The position numbers and the translations under genes were made by a program. Shown one piece after another: positions 26,958-40,500 of a DNA stretch of 64,000 nt (its first letter is position 1; every line of letters begins with the position of its first letter). Below the pieces are notes generated by a model. It was not told the DNA's origin and did no database searches. It saw only the letters and a list, made by a program, of their open reading frames with translations. The stretch is from NCBI GenBank assembly GCA_040954595.2, contig CM082576.2, positions 16,291,028 through 16,355,027 of the forward strand, written 5' to 3'. This stretch comes from Balanoglossus misakiensis (lineage: Eukaryota > Animalia > Hemichordata).

Positions 26958-28049
26958 GGTTGCGAGTTGTGCGGCTAATCTGCGATCAACCTGTATATTA
27001 AAAGCTTGATAAGTTATGCGTGTTTTGTAAAGAATTGTAACTACTGGTTGTGCTATGCCTTCGGGTTGTTTGGAACTGGAACGTTGCTGCGTCAATTGCC
27101 CCGCCCCTACACCTTTCTCAAGATAACAAGGAGAGAGTCTTTGAGCATGTACACACACCAACTGCTGAAGGACATTAAAAGTGTACAGGGGACTTGAGAA
27201 ATTATTATGTTTTGTAAAGAATAGCAACCACCGCAGAGAGCATGGGATAAATGTAGACGCTATGTCGTGTTCTTTCAATTTTTTGTTAGCAGATACATCC
27301 TAGGGGTTGTTAGGGCAAACCAACTGGAACGTTACTGCGTCAATTGTCCCTACCCTCGAGATAACAAGAAGATAGTCTGTGTGCATGTACACACGTTACC
27401 TGCTGAAAGGGCACAGTGAAAAATGTAAAGGGATGCATGTTTGAACAATTAAAATTCGTTGGAAATTATATTTGAAAACAGTATTGCCAATATCGAATGA
27501 CAAGTTTCACTGGTCTATTGTTTAAATCAAGGAAATACATACGTGTAAATATCAACTTTAATTCCTCAACTGTTTCACCCAACTAATGGAAATTCGGCAT
27601 ATTGTCCTGCAAATATACATTTCTCTTGAGTGTACATGTGATATATATTTAATGCCTTGCCTTTCATGCATTGACCACACCAATGATAATGCTACAATGC
27701 GGTTTCCCAGAGGTTAATCCTCCGTTAAGGGCCCCTGGATTAGATCTTAAGAGAGTGGCTTTAATTTATTTATGGTCACATCTTTATTCTCAAATTCTGT
27801 AGTTCTAAAAATACAATTTGTAATATTCTACCGCCTCTCATGTCATCTGCATTTAACATTTGCATTATTCAGATATTGAATAACTTCTGCTGCTGCGGGA
27901 TATGTTGCGACATATGCGAGTATGAATTCAGCACATATGGTATACAAAAGTATCTGCAAAATTTACCCAAATACGACACCCCTCCTCAATATCGACATTC
28001 CCAAAATCGATCGTCTCCCACTTCGTGAGGAATGCAACATTTTTAAATG

Positions 28050-28180
28050 CTTTCGACGAATGTGGCGATGATCGTTAACGTCAAAGGGATTTCACGACAA
28101 CATTGTAACAATTTACGTCTTCTCAGGCAATCCATGGTTGAATGTTTTGTGGCTGATTATGCGATCATCTAATGTATGAA
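28050..28180 (-). pseudogene. Degenerate extra copy of the signal-peptide exon of the CTL-GAIN genes
   Basis: GGGATTTCACGACAACATTGTAACAATTTACGTCTTCTCAGGCAATCCATGGTTG matches 26907-26962; the splice donor part is missing. Confidence 0.65.
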
Positions 28181-30113
28181 CAACTTGACAAATTTTGCAT
28201 CTGACCCAATCAATGAAAATTCGGCAAATTGTCCTGCAAATATGTGTACATGTGATCTATATTTAATTACTTGTCTTTGGTGCATTGTCCACGTCAATAA
28301 TAATTCTACAATACGGATTCCCAGAGGCTAACCCATCGGTTAGGGTTCTGAGGTAGATCCTGAAAGAGTGGCTTTAATTTATTTATGCCGACATTTCTTA
28401 TTCAAAAAATTGCAATTCTAGAAATCCAATTGTAAGATTTTATCGCCTCTCATGTCATCTACATGTCACATTTGCATTATTCAGATGATGACTAACTTCC
28501 GCTACGGGAGATGTCGGTGAAGATAAATATGTCCAGGAATTCAAAACGGCACATATAGTGAGAAAGTATCTGCAAAATCTACCCAAATACGGCATAGTTT
28601 ATTCCTCAAATGTCCATTTTCCAAAAAATCGATTGTCTGCCATTATGTATAGCATGCAAACTTTTCAAAAGTTTTGTAAAGAACCCCATCGAGAAAAAGC
28701 TATTTTTTTACAACATCGACAACAACAACAAAAACAACTCCCTCCCTCCTTCCTTCCCTCCCTCCCTCCATCCCTCCCTATAGGGAATCCCTCCCCCCTC
28801 CAATCCATCAGAGTATAATCAAATGAAGCGTAATTTGATTCGGTGGGAAAATGCGCCATACATACATACTGCACTTTAAGTGTACGCTTAAATATCAACC
28901 ACAATAATCCAGAGTAATCCAAGGCCAACACATACAATTTGTTTTAAAGTTACAGAATATAAATTCACCATGATGACAAGTGAAATTATGGGTTATTACA
29001 ATGGCAAGTGACATCTTATTTTGTCAATTATGGTACATTATTAGTTCAGAACTTGTCAGGATTGTACATAAAACCAAAGATCCTCATTGTCTTAAGTTGA
29101 AAAAAATTACAACTGTTGCATTGATCTTTAAGAAATAATAATTGCGGTGTCAGGAGCCCCTTTCCATTTATTGCATACAGTGTACATATGATCATGACGG
29201 TGAATGTTTTCGTGGGGGGGGGGGGTCATCATATTTTTGGGCCTATCAAAGGGGGATGGGTCATCATTTTTTAGTCCTGGGTGAATGGGGGGTCGGCCTG
29301 ATTTTGAAAACCGATGACACAAACTTGCCGCCCCCAGCAGAAAAAACCTGAACAGTCCCTTAACTCTCATTTGATTCGTGGAAAAAAGGCACCGCATATA
29401 CACAATGCACAATAAGTGTACCTTTTAATGGCAACCATAATAAACCAGAGCAATACAAGTCAAACACATATAAAAACTATTTCAATTACAGAACACTAGA
29501 ACTCCACCAATTAATGACAAGTACAATTACGGGTTAGTACAATGGCAAGTGACAGTACTGGTTATTACTAACAAAACAGAAATATTGATCAATGTTTACA
29601 CGTAATTTGATTCTGGGAGAAGGCGCAATACATACAAAGCGTACAGTAAGTGTACCATCAATTAATGACAAGTACAATTACAATGGCAAGTGACAATACT
29701 GGTTATTACAAAACAGAAATATTGATCCATGCATACATGTATATATCCAATCATGGCAGATTACAAAGAAATGTATAAATATCATCGTACTATATGAACA
29801 AAATCAATTATAGGCGCACGCAATACAAATTGATTTTAACGACATATCTAACTCTCATCAAAACGCTGCTCTTTCAGACTAGTTTGTTGGCACCTCTAGC
29901 TAAACGTACACCTATGCCTTTCACATTTAATGCATTGTCAACAAAACTCGATTTCCAAAAAAGCTAAATGAACACTTCTTGCTTCATAAAGTCTAAAAAA
30001 CAGATAACATTTTGAATGATAAACATTTGTTTAGAACTCGTCCCAAAGCTTATTTTATCACTTCTGTAGACCAAACGGAGGCCCCTGTGCTAAACGTGGA
30101 ATCGTCCATCAGA

Positions 30114-33100
30114 TTAAACAACTCCCACCATTGCACTGAAAACAGTCAGGTGGTTACACAGACAAAGGGTAGAATTGAAGTCGGATTTTGGTGACACCTG
30201 AAAGATATCAAGCAGAAAATAAACGTGATGACAAAGCATTGGGCGTTTCTTTGCAAGTGAAACAAGATCAAACACCTGGTTCACACCCCAGTGTTAATTT
30301 AAACAAGAAAAAGCGCCCTCACGTGAATCAGTACATTTTTTACGTTTACGGTGTCAGTATTAATTGTAAGATGCAGTACCTTGTTCTGCATTTTAAGTTT
30401 TTGTTGCATATTTATCCACAGTACCCACTGAAATCACACTGATTGCCACTTGTCTTAAATTTCATCAATCGCAAGTACATGGAGCATTTCAACTTTTGCA
30501 AAATTTAGAAGAAATTAATTTGTATACCTTACAACCATCATTTTGCCAGTTAGTCTCATCAAAGTAGCTACATCTGTGTTGAGTAGTGAGAACAGTGATG
30601 TCAACCCCATGGGCTGTAGTGAAAAAAGATATACAGAACTGCGGTTACATCAACATATTCCATATAAAACCAACTGGAGTGTCTGTAAGGTAGTGTGCAC
30701 CCAGAAAATGAAATTCATAAACTTTTGTATTATATTGCTAAAGGCAAAAGAAATACAGAACGCATACCACGTGTTTTTTTGTACACCTTTGTATGGAGGC
30801 CGATTAAACGGGTTGAGCGCCCGTTTAATATATCACTTGATCAAATTAAAACATGCAGTCACAATCGGGCATCGACAAGAAGTAAATGTATAGTATGCAT
30901 ATTTAGATGAACATCAGTAAGCATATTTAGATGGACCAATCTAAGCTCGATAGTAAAATTAGAAAATTGGGAACTCTATATTAAAACCGCAAGATCGTAG
31001 CATAACTTTCTATACATATGCATGTTCGTTTTTGAAATTAAAAAGAAGCATAAACAGCAAAAAAGAAGAGAAAATACAACTATGTGTTTTAATCAACGAT
31101 CATTGTGCAATAGTTGTATTAATCATGAAAATATTCCACAATCTTACCACTGGTAAGGTCAAAGGCTATGTAATACAAGCCCGTCCTGGTGATCTTTGCT
31201 TCTGGTAGAAATATGGATGCTGTACACCCTGCAAATACCAACTCAGTTACATAATGGAAACCACTGTAGCCACCGACGGCGTCAAGTCTTTCCAGTGACA
31301 CGTATGCTGTAGTAGTCTCAAAGATAGGCCCTTGTGCTTCCATGGTGATTTGCATTGCAGAGTATCTCGATAGTGCCTACAACGATGAGAAACCAATGCA
31401 AAATGAACTCCAGAACTGGTACAAATGATTCTTTTGAGGTAAACCTTGCCTGTGTTTTGAGATGTGCAAGTTCAATTCACATGTTGTGTCATTGGGCATC
31501 AGACCTCGGATCATGATGACAGAGAGGATGGTGATTGCATGTTACATATGTAAAATATTGCATGCTGAGAAATAAATCCCCATGGTTATGATTTGTGTGC
31601 ATTTACATAGGGCTTTACCCCCTCCCCCGGCTGACCATCACACCAAGATGGGTGGTTTGATGGTACTTTAGAGTTGCTAACATGCAAAAGTCGGTAAGGT
31701 TCATATAATGTGTGAGGTTTACCGTTACTGTCATTGCATAGTGAGTGACTCCTTCATATTCCACGTATACTCCCCTGACAATGCTTTCATTGATAGGTGT
31801 CTGATAATTACCAAGCCATACACCGAGATTCTCTGATGCATTTTTCACTGAAAATGAAAACGTTCTGTGATAATTCAAACTGATGTTAAAACTCCACTCA
31901 CAATTTGGCCATTACTCGAGTTCCGCCCCACGATGAAAATATATGAGCGAGTATTGTAATACATATCACTGGGTTTCTGTGTTGATTAAAGGAAGATATG
32001 TGCCATTTCAATTTGAGTTTTAACTGGTAATTGATTTTATCCACAATATAAACTTTTTCATTATGACACTAGTGATACAGGGAATCCCCAATGCCCTAGC
32101 ATATAATATGACCCCTAAAGACAAGGAGTTCCAGAAATCACGCTGTTTCCAAAGATTTAAGTATTTTTGCGAGTTCCATGAGAAGGTTAGGATGCCATTA
32201 ATGGCCTTAATGAAAACCAACCTTTAATCTCATTACCATCTTCATCTCTGAATTCCAGGGTCAGTATATCGGTAGTGAAGCCATGTGTCCGATTTACCAA
32301 TCTGTGAGGATTCCAACCGAATCGGAAAATCTATAAAAAAAATACATCTTAATTATTCCTCGAGCACTTGAACGCATTATAACAAAATAATTGTACTTTA
32401 AACCAAAGATCATAATTAAAAATGTTTATGGACTTATTTTGTAAAAAAAAAATGACAATGTTTGCACTAACTCAGCATAATACTGTCTACTTCATTCCAA
32501 CAATGACTTGACTGGCGGAAGAATCCTATTGACCAAAAGTTAGACAAATGTCAATATACAAGAACAGAGCAATGTGTGATAGAAAACGAAAGTGAGATTG
32601 TCTTCTGATTATAGACGTTGTATACAAACCATTATGTTCAAGACTGTGTCCCACGACAATTGTGGAAACATAATATCTGCTGGTGGAATATTGAATCCAC
32701 TTCCATCTCCAATCATTACATTGGTGTCGCACAAGTCCTGCACAAAGTTTTTTTCCAGATGCAGCACAAGAGAAGAAGTGTTCACGATGATTGGTCCATG
32801 TCCACAAATAGCCTCGTTCAGTATAAACATCGATAACTGGTCGAATATTTTCGTTGTTATCTTTGTCAGGTGGTTTGCCTGCCCGGGTTTCAGCCTGTCG
32901 CTCGGATTGGCGTCAATTAGGGACTGCATTCTGTCTATCACCTTTCGCATGACATTCAGTGTTTCTGAAATTATGTAATTATTGCCATTTAAAATGTATC
33001 TCACTCTGTCTGATTGTCGGTCTCGGCTTTTCACCAATGCCCTAAAAATATGAAGTGAGTTTCATTTCTTGAAACCATTGTGGGGAAATGATGAATGGAA

Positions 33101-36100
33101 AATGTTGAAGAGATAATGGAGACCTATCTTTCCCCTTCTAATTCAGCGTATCATTCAACAGTTGGATACGTCCAATGCTCGAAGTTTCTCTTAGCTACAT
33201 GTAAGACATTTGACGGTTACCGATAATTTGCGTGATCTGTGGAAACCAAACGAACTGTAGTTGACGCATTTTCGATACTCTTAATAATTGCAAGGGCCCA
33301 TGTTTCTGCATCTGATATGAATTTTGTATTTACATCATTGGATGTAGATACTGAATGCGGACGGTGTTGTGATGGAAACTGATGTCACAGAATCATCTTG
33401 GTTAAAACAACAAAATATAAGATTACCTTTTGCAAATAAAATTCTTCCTTTAAATATGACACTTTTATTTGCAAGGTCAGATGTTAAATTGTCCAACTTG
33501 TCAATTACACTAATACCCTGGAAAAAGAAAAGAAAATTATTTAGTACGTGGCTTTATAGCTTTATATGGAATAATTTAGTATGTAGCTTTAGTTGTCACA
33601 AAATAGTCATATCGATATCCTATAAGGACCTTTGATAAACGTGTAAAGACAATTACATAATATGTGGTTTATAGCATTATGTGAAATTAATTTAGAATGT
33701 AGCATTAGTTGTCAACAAATGTTCTGTCTCTTCAGTGGATTTCGCCAACTTGTGGCTTTATACAAGACAGTGCATTGCGTCAGTCTCAAATGATTTGAAC
33801 CTTTCTTACCACATCTGTTGTTCTGAATTCATCTTCACTTATCTTGACCAACCTCTCCCGCAGCAGAAGTAAGTCATCATCTGGATGTTGCAAATGTAAA
33901 AGACAGATGATGTGAGAGGTGCCAAAATATTATGTTTTGTATTTCTAACATTGAGAAGGCATTCGTGACTTAAAAATAGTACATGAATATATAACATTTT
34001 CAGGGGACATCTTTACTCCGTTGTCAACAACCTTCTTTCATGTCAAGACAGTCACAAATAATTTCAATGTCATGCATTCCTTTATCTGTGTATACTAATG
34101 AAATTGGTAAAAATAATATCATACAAAAGTCATCGCGACATCAAACGCTCGAATCATGCAAATATTGTCCATGAAACATTCGGATATTATAATTCGACCC
34201 CCTTTGTATGTACACGGCACTAAGATGACACATGCAAACAAACAACTTGACTATTATTTAGAGTTTCACTTAGTTTTAACCCTATATAACCCAACGGAAT
34301 GTTCATGTCTACACTGGAGTTTAGGCGCTGCAATAATTTCAGTCATTGTTCCTTCTCTTCCTATATACACTGCAGGACCATCATTTAACCGTCTTGTGGC
34401 GGAACAATACAACTTTTGTTTCAATTATCCATTTACCGAAAGCAACAAGAGATGGTCCATTACACATACGGGCATTTCCAATGTGACTTCCTTCCAACGC
34501 AGATAAATGTAGTTACCATGCGTATGCATTTGTCGACTTTCCATGTATCATGGCATATGTTGAATGTATACACGCCACAAAACTACAAAGGTGGTCAACT
34601 ATGCAGGAAAGAGAAATTTATAAACGAGATTTATCGCTGATGTCTCAAAATACTTACCGTTATCCTCGCAAACTAAAACCATTGGATTATCACAGTCGTC
34701 AGTGAACCATTTACATATACTTGAGTTACACCTGTATAAAGATTCACTGTTCAACGCTTATTTAAGTTTATAATGTCTACAATGATTACTGTACAGTGTC
34801 TTTAATGACCATCATAGAAAAGTTCTATAATGACCAATATGTGATGTGAAGAATGATCTCTATAGAATGGCCTTATGACCAACCTGCACAGTTTGCATTA
34901 TCGAATCAAATCATTAACCGTGCAGCCATACCCTGCCTATGTTTTCCAAAATTGTTGAATATTTAAGTCAAATTTGCTATGGACATGGTTCCCATAAATG
35001 TCTTACATTCACTGTCTATTGTTCTGTAAGGCCCATGTTGGAATGATATAGCAATCAGCGTTAGATGTAAAGCATCATGCTCAAATTGTGCTTTGCAATT
35101 CAGACGATATAGCAGGTAAAATTAGTTACCAAAACATAGCACTCAAACTTGACAAAATACCAGAAATAATGCAAAGATATTGATTTTCAGCAGCATATTG
35201 TAACCTTTGGGATACGAAAACGAAACAATACACACTTATTCAAATCATTCAACTGCCATCATTTCTCCTATGCAATCTCCTATATGAAAGTTCCAACGCT
35301 ATAACAGTTAACGCCATGAAAGCAATGACAAACTATATATTTTGTTTGGCACTGTGGACAATGGTTTGAACCGACTCACTTTACGTAAATACATGATCCG
35401 ACGTCAAGATTCTGGTTGGGAGCAAAACGCGTGTGTTCCAATATCACACCGCTGCTTGTCTTCACAGAGCCATCTGCCATGACGGTGGCATCAATCCATA
35501 ATTCTGGCTTCCGTAGACCGCAAAAAAATGACACGCAGTACTGGTCGATTTTCCATTCAGTGGTATCAGTTAGAAGACGCATCCCAAGCTTCTCACATAG
35601 CTGGTATGTAGCCACCATACCATTCAGTGAGGTAGTTAAGTCGAAAGATGCTGCCGATTAGAAAACAACGCTCGTTCTTTCCCGTCAAATCCCTTGTAAG
35701 CAAAACACGTTCCAAATCGTCCGTTGCACGAATAATCATTTTGCGGAGGAAAGTGAAATAAAACTAAGCGCAAAATTCGGAAAATCCAACCTTTTAGGAG
35801 TTTGGTCTCTAGCCGATAAATCCAGCCTGCTTGGAAGCCTTATAGCCCTACGTGTTCCCGTCGTGGCGGCGGTGTAACGCCGGGAACACACATACCTGTA
35901 CGCGGGGCTAGGAAGCCCTACAAGTTCACCAGTAAGATCGCAATGTTCCTCAGTATCAGAATTTGTCTTGCCTTTCACAACGTGTTTCCGTGGTTACGCG
36001 TAAATTTTATTGTAAAAAACTTAACCATAACATAATGTCGAGATTTATGAACATGTAGGCGCTATTGTAGGTAATATCAAAAATCACACCCCAGCGTGTC

Positions 36101-37542
36101 ATGAGACATATGCCTACCGGTAATCCGTTTCCCGATGCTCCGATGTTGTCAAACTCCTGAAACGAACTTTCAGCTGGCCCGGGCGGCCGTAAAAGCAATG
36201 CGAACTTGACATTCACTTATATATGAACATCACATTGAATTGAATGCATGTACTTTAAGAATAAAAGTACAGATATTGTTACAATTGCAATAAATGTCAA
36301 GATCAATTGCCTATTTTTCTCCATATCTGGTTATGTCGTGTTTTTGTATCTCCCACAAACAGAGAAAAATGACCAGTATAGGTCTAGTTTGTCCAGGGAT
36401 ATAAACATGTTGTAGAATGCAAAAAACAACAACATGAAACTAATGTGCAAAGAACTTCAATAAACTATAACTTACTTGCATTTTCACATAAAATGGGATG
36501 TGTCATCAAACAGTCAAGATAGCCCCACTGTTTATTTCTGTGAATTAAAAAGTTATGAAAGTATATTAACGTTTCACCACGCCAGTCAACCCGTGCATCT
36601 CTCAAACTATATAGAAACGTTTTCTACATTTTCCCCTCAATTTGATTAAAACCCGGAGATAATTGGGAATTGGGTGAACTTGATCTAAAATTTAGAAAAA
36701 AATAGACAAATGTGGTAAAATATTGCACCACATTTTGGTGTTCAAAGGTAACGATGAGACGAAACTGGAATATCTCAAACTTGCAGAGTGAAATTTCCCA
36801 TAAACTCGAGGTATATGGGGGTGCAATTGCCAATAATGTTCTTCAGTCTGAAGACATTGCCAATTGCAACGTCTGGATCTCATTCAAATGTAAATCTATT
36901 CGGTCCCTACTGATATATTTCAAAGATGGCATACCTCTGCACTTGATTCCCTGTGGTTGATATAAGTTAAGCAATATTAAAATGACAACACAAAAACATT
37001 ATTTTTCATATTTAAATATATTGTCCAAACGCTCAACTCACTTCAGTGTGGCGCACTTTCCTAATTTCCTTTCAACCTGCGGCTTGTACATGTAGGTCAA
37101 AATGTCCCCGTCTCTTGTGACTACGTTTCCGTTGTCAATTAACTGTCCATCTATCCAGAACCACTTGCCTGAGATGCGTCGTTCCTTTAAAGTTTTTACT
37201 ATAGCTGTGTGTTTTTCTTCGGTGTCCACTTTAACAAGGCGAAGACCTAATCGCTCACAAAAAGTGTAAGCTGTAGCGTGATCCGTCCACCCGTAAACGC
37301 TGTTGCAATCTGGATATCAAATCGTTAATCTTATTACAATCATACATGAAACAATGATAACATTCATGAGCTTCTGTTTTGAGGAACTTCAAACTTTCTG
37401 AACACGCCAAACACAAAATTAGTGTCTTACCTGCTTGCTGCAGTAATGTCATCGACAACATCACGAATGTAGCGACGAGCGTTAACTTCAAAGGTATTTC
37501 ACGACAGTCTTGTAACATTTTACAGCTTCTCCGGCAAGCCAT
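30114..37542 (-). CDS. Secreted-type C-type lectin x2 + GAIN/GPS protein, copy B
   Basis: Same 13-exon layout: approx. 37431-37542, 37042-37309, 36476-36537, 35380-35651, 34658-34731, 33810-33881, 33427-33517, 32628-32965, 32222-32330, 31723-31847, 31148-31377, 30528-30614, 30114-30197. Ends CLCNHL|TVFSAMVGVV*. Confidence 0.8.
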
Positions 37543-40500
37543 GGTTGCGAGTTTGCGGCTAATCTGCGAGCATTTTATGAACCAACATCTCAGAAAGAGA
37601 TTAAGGGCTAAATGGAGATGCTACGTCGTGTTCCTTTATTTGTGCGTAATATACCAGCTACCGCCTGAGGTTATTCGGACCAACCAACCGGAACGTTGTT
37701 GCGTCAATTGCCCCAACTCCTACACGCTTTGTCGAGTCAGTTCACCACAGGCCTTGCATCAGGATAATAATAATAATATCATAGATAACATATAATGATC
37801 ATTATTGACACTGTACAGTAAACGCTGTAGACACCGTATACTTACAACGCTTTGAACATTAATTCGAATTCATTAAACTTGTGTGTTATTGAGAAATGTG
37901 AATGGTTCACTAGCGACTGTAATATAAAATAGAACGTGTTCACGAGGATAACAGTTAAAGCATTCTTGATACGTCAGCAAAAAGTTGAAATCATACGTGT
38001 TCACTTTACTGCATATTTGACCACATGTATATAGTCCTGCCGTGTGCATACCTTCAATATGCCATTATACATGGAACTTAGACAAAGGCATACTCATGAT
38101 AAATGCATTTATCCACGTGTAAGGAAGAGGCATTCAAAATGTTTAATGTTTAATTGATGGTTCGGCATCTCGCGATGAATCTTGGATGAGATTCTCCACC
38201 CTATTTCATTAAGTACTCACCAGTTAATGCGTTACTTTACTATTTATGTATTAATGACTGTCATAAAATGAAAAGGAAAGAATGAATATAAAACTTGTTG
38301 CTCCCGGTTAATGGATAAATTAAACAAAAGTGGTATTAATCATCAAAGTGTTCGAGTCATAACCAGCGGACATTATGTATAAAACATTTGCTGGACCCAG
38401 TTAAGGGAAATTCAGCATATTGTCTCGAAACACATTTTTCTCTTGAATGCACATTCGATATACATGTTTAATGCCTTGCCTTTAACGCCTTCTTCACATA
38501 AGTTTTCCCAGATATCTACATTTAAAAATTGATCGTCTGCCACTGTGTAGAGAATGCAAAATTTTCTAAAGCTTTGTAATAAACCTCATCAAGGAACAGT
38601 TATTTGATAGTCTCGTCGTGTCTTCATTTAATGATGAGAAACATTCGTAGAGTCTGTATGGTCAGGGTGGCGGTTGGGATGTAGGAGAGACGGGGACACG
38701 TGTAGAGTATAAAATTCAACGCCGAAGACTTTATTTTAAAAATGACCAGCCATAGACATACAGGACAAGATTTGTAGTCCAGCCTTGACCAATAAAGAAC
38801 CGCGCTCAAAACATATCTACATGTACTTGCTACAAATTAGGACAAAAATCATTCAATGATACAAGTCATATTTGAAAAGACATCTAAAATAACGACAAAA
38901 ATCTTGAACAACAAACCATAACTTCTGCAGCATGCGTTTCGTGTTGTCACCTCTTAGGACCAATCGGACGCCCCTGTGCTAAACGTGGCATCGTCCATCA
39001 GATGTGACGATTTCCACTATTGTCTTGAAAGCACTCAGTGTTTTTTCCGTATTGTGGGTATTTGGACTCACTAGCAAGGAATTGTGGGTAGCTGATGTTA
39101 AATACACGGGTAGTAATACAGAACTATACATTGAAAGACTTTCTAACAAAACTCATCAGATATATTCTCATAAGATATATAAAATACTGCTATTCATACA
39201 CGATATAAAATACGAGACTTTTAGAATACTTGTGTGTATTTGAATACAAGTACATTGGTTAGAATGTTACCAGTGGTATAAATATTTTTATATAATTTTT
39301 TTTTTCTTGACAGCCAAAAAGCTTTCAGAGAAGAATTTGTTTTAGGCCCAACTGTAGTTAATAAGAAATAATTTTGCAAAATACGTTCATGATTTATAAA
39401 ATTGACCCCTACTTCATTTGTTGTTTCCGTAAAGATCCAAATTGGTCGATTGGATATTTCTAGTTTGTAATTAATATTGATAAATTGGCTACCATTAATT
39501 TTCAGCAACTATTGAGTGTAGTGTTCATCTTCCCATATGGTCACACTGTGAACAGCGCCCCAACTGGCCAGAATGTCAACACATCTGCCCAAATTCCAGG
39601 CGGACATTACAAGACTGTGGTCGATCAATCTGGTCATCATGTTTTGTCCCATATTCTTTTGTTGGCTGCACGTTTTGGACAAAGCACACAGTTTCAAACT
39701 ATGTGCATGATCTAGTGTCCTGATAATAACTACTTTGAACTTCAAGATTCTGTGGAGATTTAGTCACATGGGTGTGTTACCATCAGCCAATCAGAAGTCT
39801 CAGATTCACTGCTTTATTCTTCACTACAGACACTTCAAGCCATTAAACATAGGGTTTATTTTGGCACGGAATGTAACTTGTAACTTCTATTCTCAGAAAT
39901 AAATTGTTATGATATGCCGCTATCATTGCCTGTAATCTCACTACAGCATACCTGCAGCATACCACATGCAATACTTTGATAGAGCGCCCTCTAGCAGAGT
40001 TCATATGACATTGTAAGGTCATGTTTTTCCCGCGTTGTTCATGGCTGCCATCTTGTTTTAGCAGAACGTACTGGTTGTTGTGTCCGTGTTCCAGTTGAAG
40101 TTTCTCATTAAACGAGTTATACAAAACGTTACCTGATCTCACCGAGTCAGCAAACATAACATAAATATAATCAATTGAATATATTTCATTTTCACAGATT
40201 GTTTCAGTGCAATGTTGCTGCGGTTTGGAAAAAAAACAAAACACGTGATCGCGGCTACTTTGCCATTTCTGTGTAAATTTGTGATTGTAAGAAATCAACT
40301 TGTTGCACATGAAAACTACTTTTACCAAATCTTCGCTAACAAGTTTTACAGACTATAGTCATTCTAAAGCCATATGTCTTAGTTTTTTGGTGTTTTATTG
40401 TTGACATGAAAACCATGACACATCTGGAAAAAAATCTTGATATAAAGAAAAATGTACTCTTGAATTTAGAAAATGAACATTTACAACTACTGTGTCTACT

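Larger units (their letters stand above)
18350..38600. repeat. ~10 kb tandem segmental duplication (unit A ~18350-28200, unit B ~28200-38600)
   Basis: Collinear exons, introns and flanks. The block GGAAATTCGGCATATTGTC...TTAATTTATTTATG recurs at 18352, 27588 and 28215, and its start recurs at 38407. Confidence 0.9.
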
